NCBI GenBank assembly: GCA_963729855.1
Contig: CAVSPT010000005.1
Location: 439,661 to 503,660, forward strand
DNA length: 64,000 nt
From: Candidatus Aminicenantes bacterium
GTDB taxonomy: Bacteria > Acidobacteriota > Aminicenantia > Aminicenantales > UBA4085
Direction: 5' to 3'
Part shown: piece by piece, positions 18,626-28,416 of the stretch
How positions within the stretch are numbered: the stretch's first letter is position 1
Layout of the letters: every line of letters begins with the position of its first letter
The notes under the pieces: model-generated
Told to the model about the DNA's origin: nothing
The model's database searches: none
What the model saw: the letters and a program-made list of their open reading frames with translations, nothing else
Position numbers and translations under genes: made by a program

Positions 18626-18755
18626 GCCCTTCGAATCATAGCATGTTCAAGGAAGGGAAAAAATCCGGTCATTTACACCGCGCGAGGCGCTTTGGCATAA
18701 TAATCACCGATCCGTTTCCGGATCGAAGGTCTCCATCGGAGGGAAAGGAAAGACG

Positions 18756-19421
18756 ATGCCCGAACCGGAACCCGACCATCCCCTCAAAACGGTCCTCTCC
18801 ATCCTCATCGCCCTGGCCGCCACGACCGGCGCGCTGATCTCCTGGCACGCCTCGCGCGTCGGGAGCGACGCCTCCGGCGCCGACGGCCGGGCCATCGGCG
18901 CGGCCCTCGACGAGGCCGCGACCGAACTGAACATCGGTTTCGACGTCTTCGGCTTCCAAACCGCGGCCCGCCAATTCCAGCTCCACCGGGACAACGCCAA
19001 GGCCATCAAGGACGAAGCCTACCGCAATCCGGACGTCCCCGACCGCTGGCTGGACGAATGGCAGGGCGAGAGCGTGCGGGCCAAGGCCCGGGCCTCTCAG
19101 CTCAACCTCGATTTCCTGAAAACCGTCAATGGCCGTTTGACCTTTGACCCCGAGAAATACCAAGCGGTCGTCCGGGCCCAGGCTGAAAGCGAGAAGCCCC
19201 TCGACCCGGCGCCCTTCACGGCCCGGGCCGAGGCTAAAAGAAGCGAGGCCCTGCTCCTCATTTCGCTCAACGCCTTGTTCACGGCGGCCATCTTTTTCTT
19301 CACCTTCGGGCTTAAAACCGACCTGGGATTCAAGGGCCTCTGGACGGCCCTGGGGATCCTGTTGTATTTGGCCGGAACGGGGATCGCCGTTTGGCGGATC
19401 TTTTTCGCGGCGGCCTCATGA
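18756..19421 (+). CDS. Hypothetical membrane protein (N-terminal TM plus two C-terminal TMs)
   Basis: ATG at 18756 with a GGAGGGAAAGGAAAG ribosome-binding site. Hydrophobic segments. No recognisable catalytic motif. Confidence 0.55.
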   Translation: MPEPEPDHPLKTVLSILIALAATTGALISWHASRVGSDASGADGRAIGAALDEAATELNIGFDVFGFQTAARQFQLHRDNAKAIKDEAYRNPDVPDRWLDEWQGESVRAKARASQLNLDFLKTVNGRLTFDPEKYQAVVRAQAESEKPLDPAPFTARAEAKRSEALLLISLNALFTAAIFFFTFGLKTDLGFKGLWTALGILLYLAGTGIAVWRIFFAAAS

Positions 19422-21139
19422 AGACATCCTGGATCCACGACGATCACCATTTCAAAACGACGGTCACGCTCCTGCTGGCCGGCCTGACCTTCCTGACCAG
19501 CTTCATCGTCATCGTCAATGTCCGGGCCTCCGGCCGAGGGGCGGCGGCGACGCGCGACGGCCGCATGCTGGGGATCCGCTACCTGACCCACTTGGGACGA
19601 TCCTTGTGGGACGCGGCCGTCGAAAAAGACTTGGTCAACAGCTATCAGGAAGTCAGCGGCCTGCTGATGGAGGCCCAGGTCTACGAGAAAATGGCCGGCG
19701 GCGGAACGAACGCCGCTTATTACAAGATGATGCGGGAAAGCCTGGCCAAGACCCAGGCCCTGCTTCTGACCCAGGGCGAAGTCACCAAGCCAGCCTATTT
19801 CACTCCCGGCTACGGGCTTTTCAACTACTTCCAGTATATTCTGGACCACGTGACCGTCCCGGCCACGGAAATTTTCGAGCACCAGGAACAGAAGTGGGCG
19901 GAAGGCGCCTTCTGGACTTCAAAAGCCGATGCCTATTCGGCCGGGCTGGCCGTCATGGCCGTGGCCGCCTTCCTGTTGACCCTCTCGCTCGTGCTGACCG
20001 CCCATATCCGCTTCGTGATGGCCGGTGTCGGAGCGGCCCTGGTCACGGCCATCCTGGCCGTCTCGGCCTTTACGACGATGCAGCAATGGCACGGGCACAC
20101 CGACGAATCGATCGGGCTTTATGCCAAGGCATCCGGCAGCGCCCTGACCGCCCAGCTGGTCATCAACCTGAACGGGGATACCAAGCTCGCCTCGTCCTAT
20201 GCCCGGGCGGCCCGGACGGACATCGACAAAGTCCTGTCCGCCGACCCGGCTTATATGACGGCCGTTCTGCTCGGCGCGCGGGTCCATTCCGTGTTGGGTG
20301 AAGCCCAATATTTCGCGGGCGCGGCGGACGGGGGCCGGTCCGAGCTGGAGAAAGCGGCCGCCGATCTGGACCGGGCCATCGCCGGGGGGAAAACCGAGGG
20401 CTATACGTTCTGGTCCAAGGGGTACGTGAATTTTCTGCTGGGGCGGCAGGCGGCCGCGGCCGCGGCCATGAACCGGGCGCTGGCGCTCCTGCCCGACCAG
20501 AAATTTACGCTCGGTTTGGTCAAGGCCGTGGCCCTTCTCTATGCCGGGCAGATTCAAGAGGCCCGGGATCTCGTCGAGGAGGCCGTCGAATTCGCCCTGA
20601 AGAAGCCCCTCGGCGCGGATGCTATGAACGTCCGCACGATCATAAAAAACCTGGTCCGCTTCAACGAGCTCCATCCGGCCGAAGGCCTGCCGGATACGAT
20701 CACACGGTTGAAGGAAGCGGCGGTCTGCCTGGCCGTGCTGAACAAGGCCCGTCCGGCCGGAGTCAAATCCGAGATCTCTTCGCCCCGCTTCGTCGCCCTG
20801 GTCTATGACGGCGCCGGCGCCATCATCGACACGCCGGCAGCCGAGGAATACAAACGGGGCACGGGCCGGGCCCCCTTCCTCTTCGAGCTTAAGGGGATGG
20901 AAAAAGGCCAGTCCATCGTCCGCAAGGTCTACCGGCGCGCGCCCGGCCAGGTCTTCTGGATGGAAGACCTCTGGCTGGGACGGTCCGAGCACTGGGAGGG
21001 TCCCGCCGAGGCCCGCCTGATGGGATCGGTCGAAAACCAGATCCCGGAAGCGGGCGAGTTTCTCGCCAGCGGCGACTACCGCCTGGAGATCTATATCGAC
21101 GGAAATCTGAAAGCGGCGGGGACGTTCAAGGTTCTCTAG
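19418..21139 (+). CDS. Hypothetical multi-pass membrane protein with C-terminal helical-repeat (TPR-like) region
   Basis: ATGA overlap with the upstream gene stop (19418-19421). TM segments near residues 20-45 and 190-250. The Ala-rich helical repeats fit a TPR-like fold. Confidence 0.55.
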   Translation: MKTSWIHDDHHFKTTVTLLLAGLTFLTSFIVIVNVRASGRGAAATRDGRMLGIRYLTHLGRSLWDAAVEKDLVNSYQEVSGLLMEAQVYEKMAGGGTNAAYYKMMRESLAKTQALLLTQGEVTKPAYFTPGYGLFNYFQYILDHVTVPATEIFEHQEQKWAEGAFWTSKADAYSAGLAVMAVAAFLLTLSLVLTAHIRFVMAGVGAALVTAILAVSAFTTMQQWHGHTDESIGLYAKASGSALTAQLVINLNGDTKLASSYARAARTDIDKVLSADPAYMTAVLLGARVHSVLGEAQYFAGAADGGRSELEKAAADLDRAIAGGKTEGYTFWSKGYVNFLLGRQAAAAAAMNRALALLPDQKFTLGLVKAVALLYAGQIQEARDLVEEAVEFALKKPLGADAMNVRTIIKNLVRFNELHPAEGLPDTITRLKEAAVCLAVLNKARPAGVKSEISSPRFVALVYDGAGAIIDTPAAEEYKRGTGRAPFLFELKGMEKGQSIVRKVYRRAPGQVFWMEDLWLGRSEHWEGPAEARLMGSVENQIPEAGEFLASGDYRLEIYIDGNLKAAGTFKVL

Positions 21140-21626
21140 CCGGGACGTCGGTCTCCATCTTTTGGGCGAATTTTTCGATTTCGTCCGCGCGCAGCTTGGT
21201 CACACCGGCCGTGATTCCGGAGGCCTTTTTGACCATCGCTTTCTCCAGGAAATTCATCTTGTTGAAATCGAACTCTCCGCCGAAGAGCCCGGTGGCGGCG
21301 GCCTGGGCGATCAACTCGTCCGGGTAACTCTCCTTGAATTCCTTCTCGGCCTTCTCCCCTTCCTCCATGCAGCAGAGGAAAAGCCCCAGCTTCTTGGTCT
21401 TGAGCAGGCCGGCCCGGTGGTCGAGGTAGCGGCGGACGGATTTTTGGATATGCCCGGCGTGGATCGAGCCGCCGACGATCACGGCGTCATAGTTGCCCGG
21501 ATCGGGATTGTCGTCCTTTTTCAGGTCCACGGACATGACGCGCCCGTCCAGCCGGGCCGCCAGAAGGTCGACGCAGTTGCGGACGAAGCCGTGATTGGAG
21601 GCATAAACGATGAGCGTAGTTACCAT
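21126..21626 (-). CDS. Flavodoxin-domain protein (HemG-like)
   Basis: 'MVTTLIVYASNHG' flavodoxin N-terminus. ATG at 21626 with AAGGAG upstream. The track's extra N-terminal extension is rejected. Confidence 0.7.
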   Translation of the reverse strand: MVTTLIVYASNHGFVRNCVDLLAARLDGRVMSVDLKKDDNPDPGNYDAVIVGGSIHAGHIQKSVRRYLDHRAGLLKTKKLGLFLCCMEEGEKAEKEFKESYPDELIAQAAATGLFGGEFDFNKMNFLEKAMVKKASGITAGVTKLRADEIEKFAQKMETDVPAREP

Positions 21627-21842
21627 GGCAAACTCCTTGCGGCGGGCGAATAACCCGCCCGAAAAGGGCCTTATTGTACGACATCGGGGGACTTTTGTTA
21701 AGACATCGCGGCCGGGATTTTCTTGGCCGGGGAGGGAGAAATGACCGGCGGGAGGGACGGTCGGGGGTGCGCCGGAAAATCGTTTCGTGCTATATTGATC
21801 CCGAAAACCGAAGGCGGATCGGACCGGCAAGGAGGAGAGACG

Positions 21843-22499
21843 ATGAAAACGATCAAAAGACGCGCCTTCATCAGAACGGCGGCGTTCGCTTGTCCTTTCC
21901 TGGCCGCCGGCGGCGGGGCGCTTTTACGGGCCCAGCGGACACAGGAAGAGAAGGGGCTCACGGTCCTCAATGACAAATGCAACGGGTGCGGCGATTGCGT
22001 CTCGGTCTGTCCGGTGGAAGCCATCACCCTGAAGAACGAAAAGGCCGTGATCAACGTCGAAGAATGCATCGAATGCGATGCCTGCATCGACGAGTGCCCC
22101 CTGGAAGCGATCCTCTACAAGAAGGACCTCGAGGCCTACAAGAAAGACCATCCGGACCAACCCGATCCGGCCCGCAAAAACGAGCCCGCCAAGAAGGATG
22201 ACCGGCCGTCGCTTTTTAATCCCCAATTCGACAACGCCGGCGTATGGGTCATGACCGGAACGTTTGCCGATGGTTCGACGTCGTCCGAACCGATCCGCTT
22301 CGTCGGCACGGCGGCGTCCGGCGTCCTCAGGTCCGCGCAGTCGAATGAAGAGCAGGGCTCGTACAAGATCGAAGGGATTCAAGTCGAAATCCGGCTCCCC
22401 GACGGACAGATCGCCAAGGGCCGCGTCGTCTCGGGCGATCGCCTGGAAGGGACGCTTCCCGGCGGCCTGGGCCAATGGCGGGCGGAGAGGAAGCGGTAA
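21843..22499 (+). CDS. Tat-signal 2x[4Fe-4S] ferredoxin-domain protein with C-terminal extension of unknown function
   Basis: Twin-arginine motif 'KRRAFIRTAAFA'. 'CNGCGDCVSVCP' and 'CIECDACIDECP'. ATG at 21843 with GGAGAG upstream. Confidence 0.7.
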   Translation: MKTIKRRAFIRTAAFACPFLAAGGGALLRAQRTQEEKGLTVLNDKCNGCGDCVSVCPVEAITLKNEKAVINVEECIECDACIDECPLEAILYKKDLEAYKKDHPDQPDPARKNEPAKKDDRPSLFNPQFDNAGVWVMTGTFADGSTSSEPIRFVGTAASGVLRSAQSNEEQGSYKIEGIQVEIRLPDGQIAKGRVVSGDRLEGTLPGGLGQWRAERKR

Positions 22500-22564
22500 C
22501 GGGCGGAATGAAACGGCGGGTGCCGAATCCGCTATAAATCCGGCCATCCTATGCGGAGGGTCTC

Positions 22565-25099
22565 TTGCCGAAAAATGATCCAAAGACTCTGATTTTTCTG
22601 GCCATTTTTACTCTTGCCGCCGCCCCCGGCGCCGCCGAATGGCCGATGCTTAAACATTACGACCAGGCCCACATCGCCCGGATCGCCCTGCCCATCGGCG
22701 GCATCGGGACGGGAACGGTCGCCCTGGGCGGACGCGGCGACCTCCGGGATTGGGAGATCATGAACCGCCCGGCCAAGGGCTTCGCCCCCGGCGCCCCGTT
22801 TTTCGTCGTCTGGGTCAAGCCGGCCTCGGGCCCGGCCAAGATGCGGGCCCTCCAGGGACCGGTCGACCTCAATCAGTACGAAGGGCCGAGCGGCGTCAAG
22901 AACGCCACCAACCCCAACCTTCCCGCGTTCCGGGAAGCCTCGTTCGATGCCTCCTACCCCTTCGGCATCGTCAACCTGTCCGACCCGGCCATGCCCGTCC
23001 GGGTCCGCATCAAAGGCTGGAACCCTCTCATCCCCACGGACGCGGACGCCAGCGGCATTCCCATCGCCGTCCTGACCTACGAGATCGTCAACACCACCGA
23101 CCAGGACCTGACCGTCTCCGTCTGCGGAACCATCCAGAACTTCATCGGCCGCGACGGCGTCAAAGTCGTGCCTTCGAAAAACCGCAACTTCTTCCGCAAG
23201 GGGAAGACCGTCCAGGGCCTGTTCATGAAATCGGAAACGGCCCCCTCGGATGCCGAGACCTGGGGGACCATGGCCCTGACCGTTCCCCTGTCCGAGGACG
23301 TGACCTATCGCACATCCTGGCTCGAGGCGGGCTGGGGCACGTCCCTCCTCGATTTCTGGGATGACCTCCAGGATGACGGCCGTCTCTCCGAGCGCGAAGC
23401 CAAGAGCGACGAGCCCCGGGCCTCGCTGGCCGTCCAGGCCCGAATCCCGGCCCGCGGGGTCCGGGCCTTCCCCTTCTATATCACCTGGAGCTTCCCCAAC
23501 CGCGTGGCCTGGGCCTCCAAGCCCATGCGCAACTACTACGCCCTGGCCTATCCTCAGGCCTGGGACGCGGCGGACAAGACCGTCCCCCGCCTGCCCGCGC
23601 TTGAAGCCGAAACGGCGGCCTTCGTCGCCGCGTTTCTCGGCAGCGACCTGCCCGAGGCGGTCAGGGAAGCGGCGCTTTTCAACCTCAGCACGCTGCGCAC
23701 CCAGACCTGCTTCCGCACCGAGGACGGCAAGTTCTACGCCTGGGAGGGCTGCGGCGACAATGACGGCTGCTGCTGGGGCTCCTGCACCCATGTCTGGAAC
23801 TATGAGCAGTCGACGGCCTTCCTGTTCGGGGAGCTCAGCCGGTCCATGCGCGCCGTCGAATTCGGATCGCAGACGGAGGAGGACGGCCTGATGAGCTTCC
23901 GGGTCAAGCTCCCCCTGACCGAACCCCATTGGGGCAAGGCCGCGGCCGACGGCCAGATGGGCTGCATCATGAAGATGGACCGCGACTGGCAGCTTTCGGG
24001 CGACACGGCGTTCCTCCGGTCGCTCTGGCCGCGGGTCAGGAAGGCCCTGGAATTCTGCTGGATCCCCGGCGGCTGGGACGCCGACAAGGACGGGGTCATG
24101 GAAGGCTGCCAGCACAACACCATGGACGTCGAATACTACGGCCCGAACCCGCAGATGGGTCTCTGGTACCTGGGCGCCCTGCGGGCGGCCGAGGAGATGG
24201 CCCGCGGCGTGGGCGACACAGCCTTCGCCGGGACGTGCCGGGCGCTGTTCGACAAGGGCAGCCGCTGGGTCGATGAAAACCTCTTCAACGGGCGCTATTA
24301 CATCCACAAAGTCGTGCCGCCCAAGCGGAAGGAGGACATCGCCCCGCCGCTCCTCGTGGGGATGGGCGCGGCCGACGTCAGCCATCCCGATTACCAGCTG
24401 GCCAACGGCTGCCTGGTCGACCAGCTCGTCGGGCAGTTCATGGCCCATGTCTGCGGTCTGGGCTATTTGATCAAGCCGGAGAACGCCCGGACGACTCTGC
24501 AAAGCATCGTCCGCTACAATCGTCGGGATTCGATGCAGGACCACTTCAACTGCATGCGCACGTTCGCCCTGGGCGACGAAGCGGCCCTGCTCATGGCCAG
24601 CTACCCCGACGGGCGGCCGGCCAATCCCTTCCCCTATTTCACCGAAGTCATGACCGGGTTCGAATACACGGCGGCTATCGGCATGCTCTACGAGGGCCTG
24701 ACGGCCGAAGGCCTGCGCTCGATCGCCGACGTCCGGGCCCGCTACGACGGGCTGAAGCGCAACCCGTACGACGAAGCCGAATGCGGCCACCATTACGGCC
24801 GGGCCATGATCGCCTGGGCCGCGGCCCTGGCCCTGACGGGATTCCATTACTCGGGCGTGGCCCAATCGCTGGAATTCGCCCCGGTTGAGGGGCGTTTCTT
24901 CTGGTCCAACGGCCGGGCCTACGGAACGGCATTACTGAAAAAGACGGGCGGCCGGCTGACGGTGGCCGTGAGCGCTCTGAAGGGCGAGATCGCTTTCAAG
25001 AGCTTTAGCGCGGCGGGTTACGGAACGAGGTCGTTTGCCCGGCTTCAGACGGTCAAGCCGGGGACGGAGGCGACGTTCGACATGGAAGCGAAAAAATAG
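22565..25099 (+). CDS. GH116-family glycoside hydrolase (GBA2-like beta-glucosidase/glucosylceramidase), secreted
   Basis: GBA2 N-terminal domain signature 'IALPIGGIGTGTVALGGRGDLRDWEIMNRP'. Signal peptide. TTG start at 22565 with GGAGGG upstream. Confidence 0.8.
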   Translation: MPKNDPKTLIFLAIFTLAAAPGAAEWPMLKHYDQAHIARIALPIGGIGTGTVALGGRGDLRDWEIMNRPAKGFAPGAPFFVVWVKPASGPAKMRALQGPVDLNQYEGPSGVKNATNPNLPAFREASFDASYPFGIVNLSDPAMPVRVRIKGWNPLIPTDADASGIPIAVLTYEIVNTTDQDLTVSVCGTIQNFIGRDGVKVVPSKNRNFFRKGKTVQGLFMKSETAPSDAETWGTMALTVPLSEDVTYRTSWLEAGWGTSLLDFWDDLQDDGRLSEREAKSDEPRASLAVQARIPARGVRAFPFYITWSFPNRVAWASKPMRNYYALAYPQAWDAADKTVPRLPALEAETAAFVAAFLGSDLPEAVREAALFNLSTLRTQTCFRTEDGKFYAWEGCGDNDGCCWGSCTHVWNYEQSTAFLFGELSRSMRAVEFGSQTEEDGLMSFRVKLPLTEPHWGKAAADGQMGCIMKMDRDWQLSGDTAFLRSLWPRVRKALEFCWIPGGWDADKDGVMEGCQHNTMDVEYYGPNPQMGLWYLGALRAAEEMARGVGDTAFAGTCRALFDKGSRWVDENLFNGRYYIHKVVPPKRKEDIAPPLLVGMGAADVSHPDYQLANGCLVDQLVGQFMAHVCGLGYLIKPENARTTLQSIVRYNRRDSMQDHFNCMRTFALGDEAALLMASYPDGRPANPFPYFTEVMTGFEYTAAIGMLYEGLTAEGLRSIADVRARYDGLKRNPYDEAECGHHYGRAMIAWAAALALTGFHYSGVAQSLEFAPVEGRFFWSNGRAYGTALLKKTGGRLTVAVSALKGEIAFKSFSAAGYGTRSFARLQTVKPGTEATFDMEAKK

Positions 25100-25168
25100 C
25101 CCGGAGGCGCCCCCTCAACGCTCATGTTCGGGTCTCCGAAATGATAGAATGGAGGCAGGAGGCGCACC

Positions 25169-25645
25169 ATGCCCAAAGCTCTGGTTTGTTATTACAGCCG
25201 TTCCCATAACACCGAGAAGATGGCCGTCCGGATCGCCGAAGTCTTGAACCAAAAAGGCCTGCCGGCCGACTTGAAAAAAGCGGAGGACGTCCGGCCCGCA
25301 GAGCTCCTGACCTACGATTGTCTCGTCTTCGGCTCCCCGACGTATTACGGGACGATGGCCTGGCCGCTCAAGAAGCTCATCGACGAGAGCGTCAAGCACC
25401 ACGGCAAGCTCAAGGGCAAGGTCGGCGGCGCCTTCACCTCCTCCGGCAACCTGGCCGGAGGCAACGAGACGACGGTTCTGGACATCCTCAAGGCCCTGAT
25501 GATCCACGGCATGATCGTCCAGGGCGACCACCAAGGCGACCATTACGGCCCGGTGGCCGTAGGGCGGCCCGATGAACGCTCGCTCAAGAGCTGCGAAAAA
25601 TACGCCGCGCGGTTGGCCGTTCTGACCAAGAAATTGTTCGTCTGA
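25169..25645 (+). CDS. Flavodoxin-family protein (WrbA/NAD(P)H-quinone reductase-like)
   Basis: 'ALVCYYSRSHNTEKMA...LVFGSPTYYG' flavodoxin fold. GGAGG ribosome-binding site. Confidence 0.7.
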   Translation: MPKALVCYYSRSHNTEKMAVRIAEVLNQKGLPADLKKAEDVRPAELLTYDCLVFGSPTYYGTMAWPLKKLIDESVKHHGKLKGKVGGAFTSSGNLAGGNETTVLDILKALMIHGMIVQGDHQGDHYGPVAVGRPDERSLKSCEKYAARLAVLTKKLFV

Positions 25646-25662
25646 GCCCAGTCCGCTGATCC

Positions 25663-26718
25663 TCATTCCAGGTAATAGCCGACCGAGAAAAAGCTGACCC
25701 AATGGCGAAGGGAAAAGGGCGCCGTCGTGCCCATCCCCGTCTTCTTGAGAGGCAGGACGCCTTCGCTGTAGGTGTCCGAGAAGCGGATGAGCGAGCCGCG
25801 GATTTTTTTGTGAAGGGCTCGGTCGATGATTTTTTCGGCCGCCAGGAGGCCGAAGGGAACGGAATACTTGCCGCACCAGTACGTGTTGCGATAGTCGAGA
25901 TAGGTGGTCCCCCACAGCTCCTTGGTCAGGCTTTCGATCCCGGCCGCCTGCTGGGGACCCTCGAGATAGGTCTTGATCAGGCGGCGATCGACGGCCAGGG
26001 CCTGTTCCCAGGCCTTTTCGCCTTCGCCGTACGGCGAGTTCTTGAAATCCTGGCCGTAGTGATTGCCGTCCGAGGAGATGAGAAAGAAAATGTCCCGGCC
26101 GGCGGCCAGTCCTTTTTCCTTCATATACGCGGCGATCGCCTCGGCCAGCTTCCCGGAAATCTCGTCCATCCGGGCGAAGGGCATCGGGGCGACCATGATG
26201 GGCGTGATCTTGACCTCCGGATTGAAGTACTGAAGGAACGGCAGGAGAGCTTCGATCGAATGCTCGATCGTGTGGGCCTGGTTGTTCGTGATGAAGACGG
26301 ACGCGTCCAAGCGGCCTTTGAGAAACTCGCGCAGGCCGGAGATCGGGATGGGCTTGTTCAGCCCCGGCCAGAGCTTGAATTCGTCGAAGATGAGAACGCC
26401 GTTCAGGTTGGGAAAGACCGACCGGACGGTGCCGTGGGTCACTCCGAAGATGACGACTTCCTTGGCCCGCAGCATCTTGAACAGCGGATAGTAAAGGCGC
26501 CCGGCGTAGAGGTAATCGTCATGGGGCGAGATGGCCGCGACTAGGCCGTCGGACGAAAAGGTTTCCTTTTCGATCCCCTGAAGGTAGTCGACGAGCGTGC
26601 GCATGCCGGCCGGGTTCCAGCAAAACCCGACGTCGTCCTTGACCGGCCGGACATCCTGGCCGGAGGGGGCGGCGGAGGCCAGGACGATGGCCGCCAGAAT
26701 GATGAGACTTATTTTCAT
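25663..26718 (-). CDS. Memo1/LigB-superfamily protein (AmmeMemoRadiSam system protein B-like), with signal peptide
   Basis: 'AISPHDDYLYAG...VVIFGVTHG' resembles the Memo 'PHAGY...GPSH' core. N-terminal signal peptide. ATG at 26718 with GGAGGG upstream. Confidence 0.5.
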   Translation of the reverse strand: MKISLIILAAIVLASAAPSGQDVRPVKDDVGFCWNPAGMRTLVDYLQGIEKETFSSDGLVAAISPHDDYLYAGRLYYPLFKMLRAKEVVIFGVTHGTVRSVFPNLNGVLIFDEFKLWPGLNKPIPISGLREFLKGRLDASVFITNNQAHTIEHSIEALLPFLQYFNPEVKITPIMVAPMPFARMDEISGKLAEAIAAYMKEKGLAAGRDIFFLISSDGNHYGQDFKNSPYGEGEKAWEQALAVDRRLIKTYLEGPQQAAGIESLTKELWGTTYLDYRNTYWCGKYSVPFGLLAAEKIIDRALHKKIRGSLIRFSDTYSEGVLPLKKTGMGTTAPFSLRHWVSFFSVGYYLE

Positions 26719-26734
26719 GGTCGTCCCTCCCGCT

Positions 26735-28327
26735 TCAATAAATCCAGTTTTTGGGAGCATCCGGCGCTCTCTTGAAGATATGGTCGGCCATGGCCCCCGT
26801 CAATTCGTCGCTTGTGAACGGGCTCCAGCCGTGGCCGCCCCGGTCGCCGTAGCGGAACTCGCCCCCATACGGCGGGTTGACCGCCTTCTCCAGCGTTTCC
26901 TGAAGAAGATAGCAGGCTTCGTTGAGGTAGAAATTGTCCATGCGGCCGCAATAGACGTGGATCTTGCCGGCCAACTTCGGTCCTATCGCCGCCCAGTTCT
27001 TTTCCAGATAACGGCGGAGATCATACCGCTCCCCGGCCCAGGCCGCGACGGCCTTGTCGATCACTCCGCTGACCGGGTCCCAGAGGGGCCGGGGATAGCC
27101 GTCCTCGGCCACGGGCGCGAACACGGCATTCCAGACGGCCCATTGTCCGCCCGATCGATAGCGGTCGCCGACGGCCTCCTCGTAAAGGCATTCCTGGTCC
27201 ATGGTGGTGGACAGGTTGCCGTGGGTGTCCCGCTCCGCTCCCCGCGGGACCCGCGTCCACTCGTGGTCGATGGAATAGGCGTTGGCGTCCTCGTAGAGAT
27301 TGACGATCTGGTATTTGCGGAAATCGACGGGATCGGGGAAAAACGACCACGTCCCGCCGAACACGTCGGGATAGAAAACCTGGTCGGCCAGCGAAATCCA
27401 GCCGCCGGTCGAGCCGCCCGTGAGGAGGCGGGCCCATGGTCGGGGGATCGCCCGGAACGTCTTCTCGAGGTGCGGGATCAGCTCGGTCACGATGGCGTCG
27501 CCATAGGGCCCGACGTTGGCCGAATTGACTCCGTAGGCATCGTCATAGTACGGGCAGGCTTGTTCGACGGTCACCTGGATGAAGCGCGGCCTTTCGTCCG
27601 CGTTCCAGATTTTGAAAGCGGCGTTGCCGGGGTCTTCGCTGAACCGCCCGACGTTGCCGCGCGGAAAATGGCCCTGGTCGTAAAGGACGGGGTAGCGGAC
27701 ATCCGGATGCTCATCGTAACCCTTCGGCAACAGGACGTTGGCCCCGATCTCCATGGGCCGGCCCCAGAACGCGCTCAGCAGGCGGCTCCGGATCCGGATG
27801 TGTTTGAGATGGGCGGTGTCCTTGTAAGGCGGAAGGGGCGGCAGGATATGGTTCAAGACGAGCGCCGGAGACGGCGGCAGGCCCGCCCCGATGCGCACCT
27901 TGACCGGGTCGCTGTAGAGGTTGCCGGGTGAGCGGCGCCAGTTCTGGCCCTCGCCCTGGTCCATGTGCAGCTGTACCGTTTTGCCGTCCGCCCGTTTGAA
28001 CGTCGTATAGACATTGAGCCAGGCTTGGACGAAATAATCGCCCTCGGGAATTTCGCTCAGCCGCCGGATGGGATAGCCGAAGGCCGCATCGTCGATCGCG
28101 GCCGGGGCGGCCGGCCGGAGGCCGTCCACGTTGAGGCCGAAGACGGGCGTTCCGTTCATGCCCGGGTTGAAACGTTCCGTCCGCGAGAGCAGGAGCAACA
28201 AGCGGCCGGAGACGGGTTCGGCCCGGACGGCCGGGTCCAGCGACACGGTCAACCGGACGGGTGCGGCGGCAGGGGCGGCGGAGATCAAAAAAAACAAGGC
28301 GAGCAGAGGCAGAATTCGGATCTTCAT
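26735..28327 (-). CDS. Secreted alpha/beta-hydrolase esterase (esterase D / enterochelin-esterase-like fold)
   Basis: 'LLTGGSTGGW' GxSxG nucleophile elbow. Signal peptide 'MKIRILPLLALFFLISAAPAAA'. Confidence 0.65.
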   Translation of the reverse strand: MKIRILPLLALFFLISAAPAAAPVRLTVSLDPAVRAEPVSGRLLLLLSRTERFNPGMNGTPVFGLNVDGLRPAAPAAIDDAAFGYPIRRLSEIPEGDYFVQAWLNVYTTFKRADGKTVQLHMDQGEGQNWRRSPGNLYSDPVKVRIGAGLPPSPALVLNHILPPLPPYKDTAHLKHIRIRSRLLSAFWGRPMEIGANVLLPKGYDEHPDVRYPVLYDQGHFPRGNVGRFSEDPGNAAFKIWNADERPRFIQVTVEQACPYYDDAYGVNSANVGPYGDAIVTELIPHLEKTFRAIPRPWARLLTGGSTGGWISLADQVFYPDVFGGTWSFFPDPVDFRKYQIVNLYEDANAYSIDHEWTRVPRGAERDTHGNLSTTMDQECLYEEAVGDRYRSGGQWAVWNAVFAPVAEDGYPRPLWDPVSGVIDKAVAAWAGERYDLRRYLEKNWAAIGPKLAGKIHVYCGRMDNFYLNEACYLLQETLEKAVNPPYGGEFRYGDRGGHGWSPFTSDELTGAMADHIFKRAPDAPKNWIY

Positions 28328-28416
28328 CGTTCGACGGGGGCTCATCATGCCCGAAAGCATACTTCGGTTGAGCGTTCGGCGTCAAAAGTCTACAATGAAT
28401 CGACAAGGAGAACGCC

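Noticed and set aside
12534-18700. Very long plus-strand ORFs (946 aa and 1165 aa) opposite addB/addA
   Set aside because: Antisense to genes with clear helicase/nuclease motifs. Their low-complexity G/R/P/A-rich translations are typical of spurious ORFs in high-GC DNA.
19919-20992. 357-aa minus-strand ORF inside the TPR-like membrane protein gene
   Set aside because: Antisense artefact with low-complexity composition. The plus-strand gene has coherent TM/helical-repeat organisation and translational coupling to its neighbour.
22532-24865. 777-aa minus-strand ORF opposite the GH116 gene
   Set aside because: The GH116 reading frame carries the diagnostic GBA2 N-terminal motif. The antisense ORF is Gly/Arg/Pro-rich with no motif.
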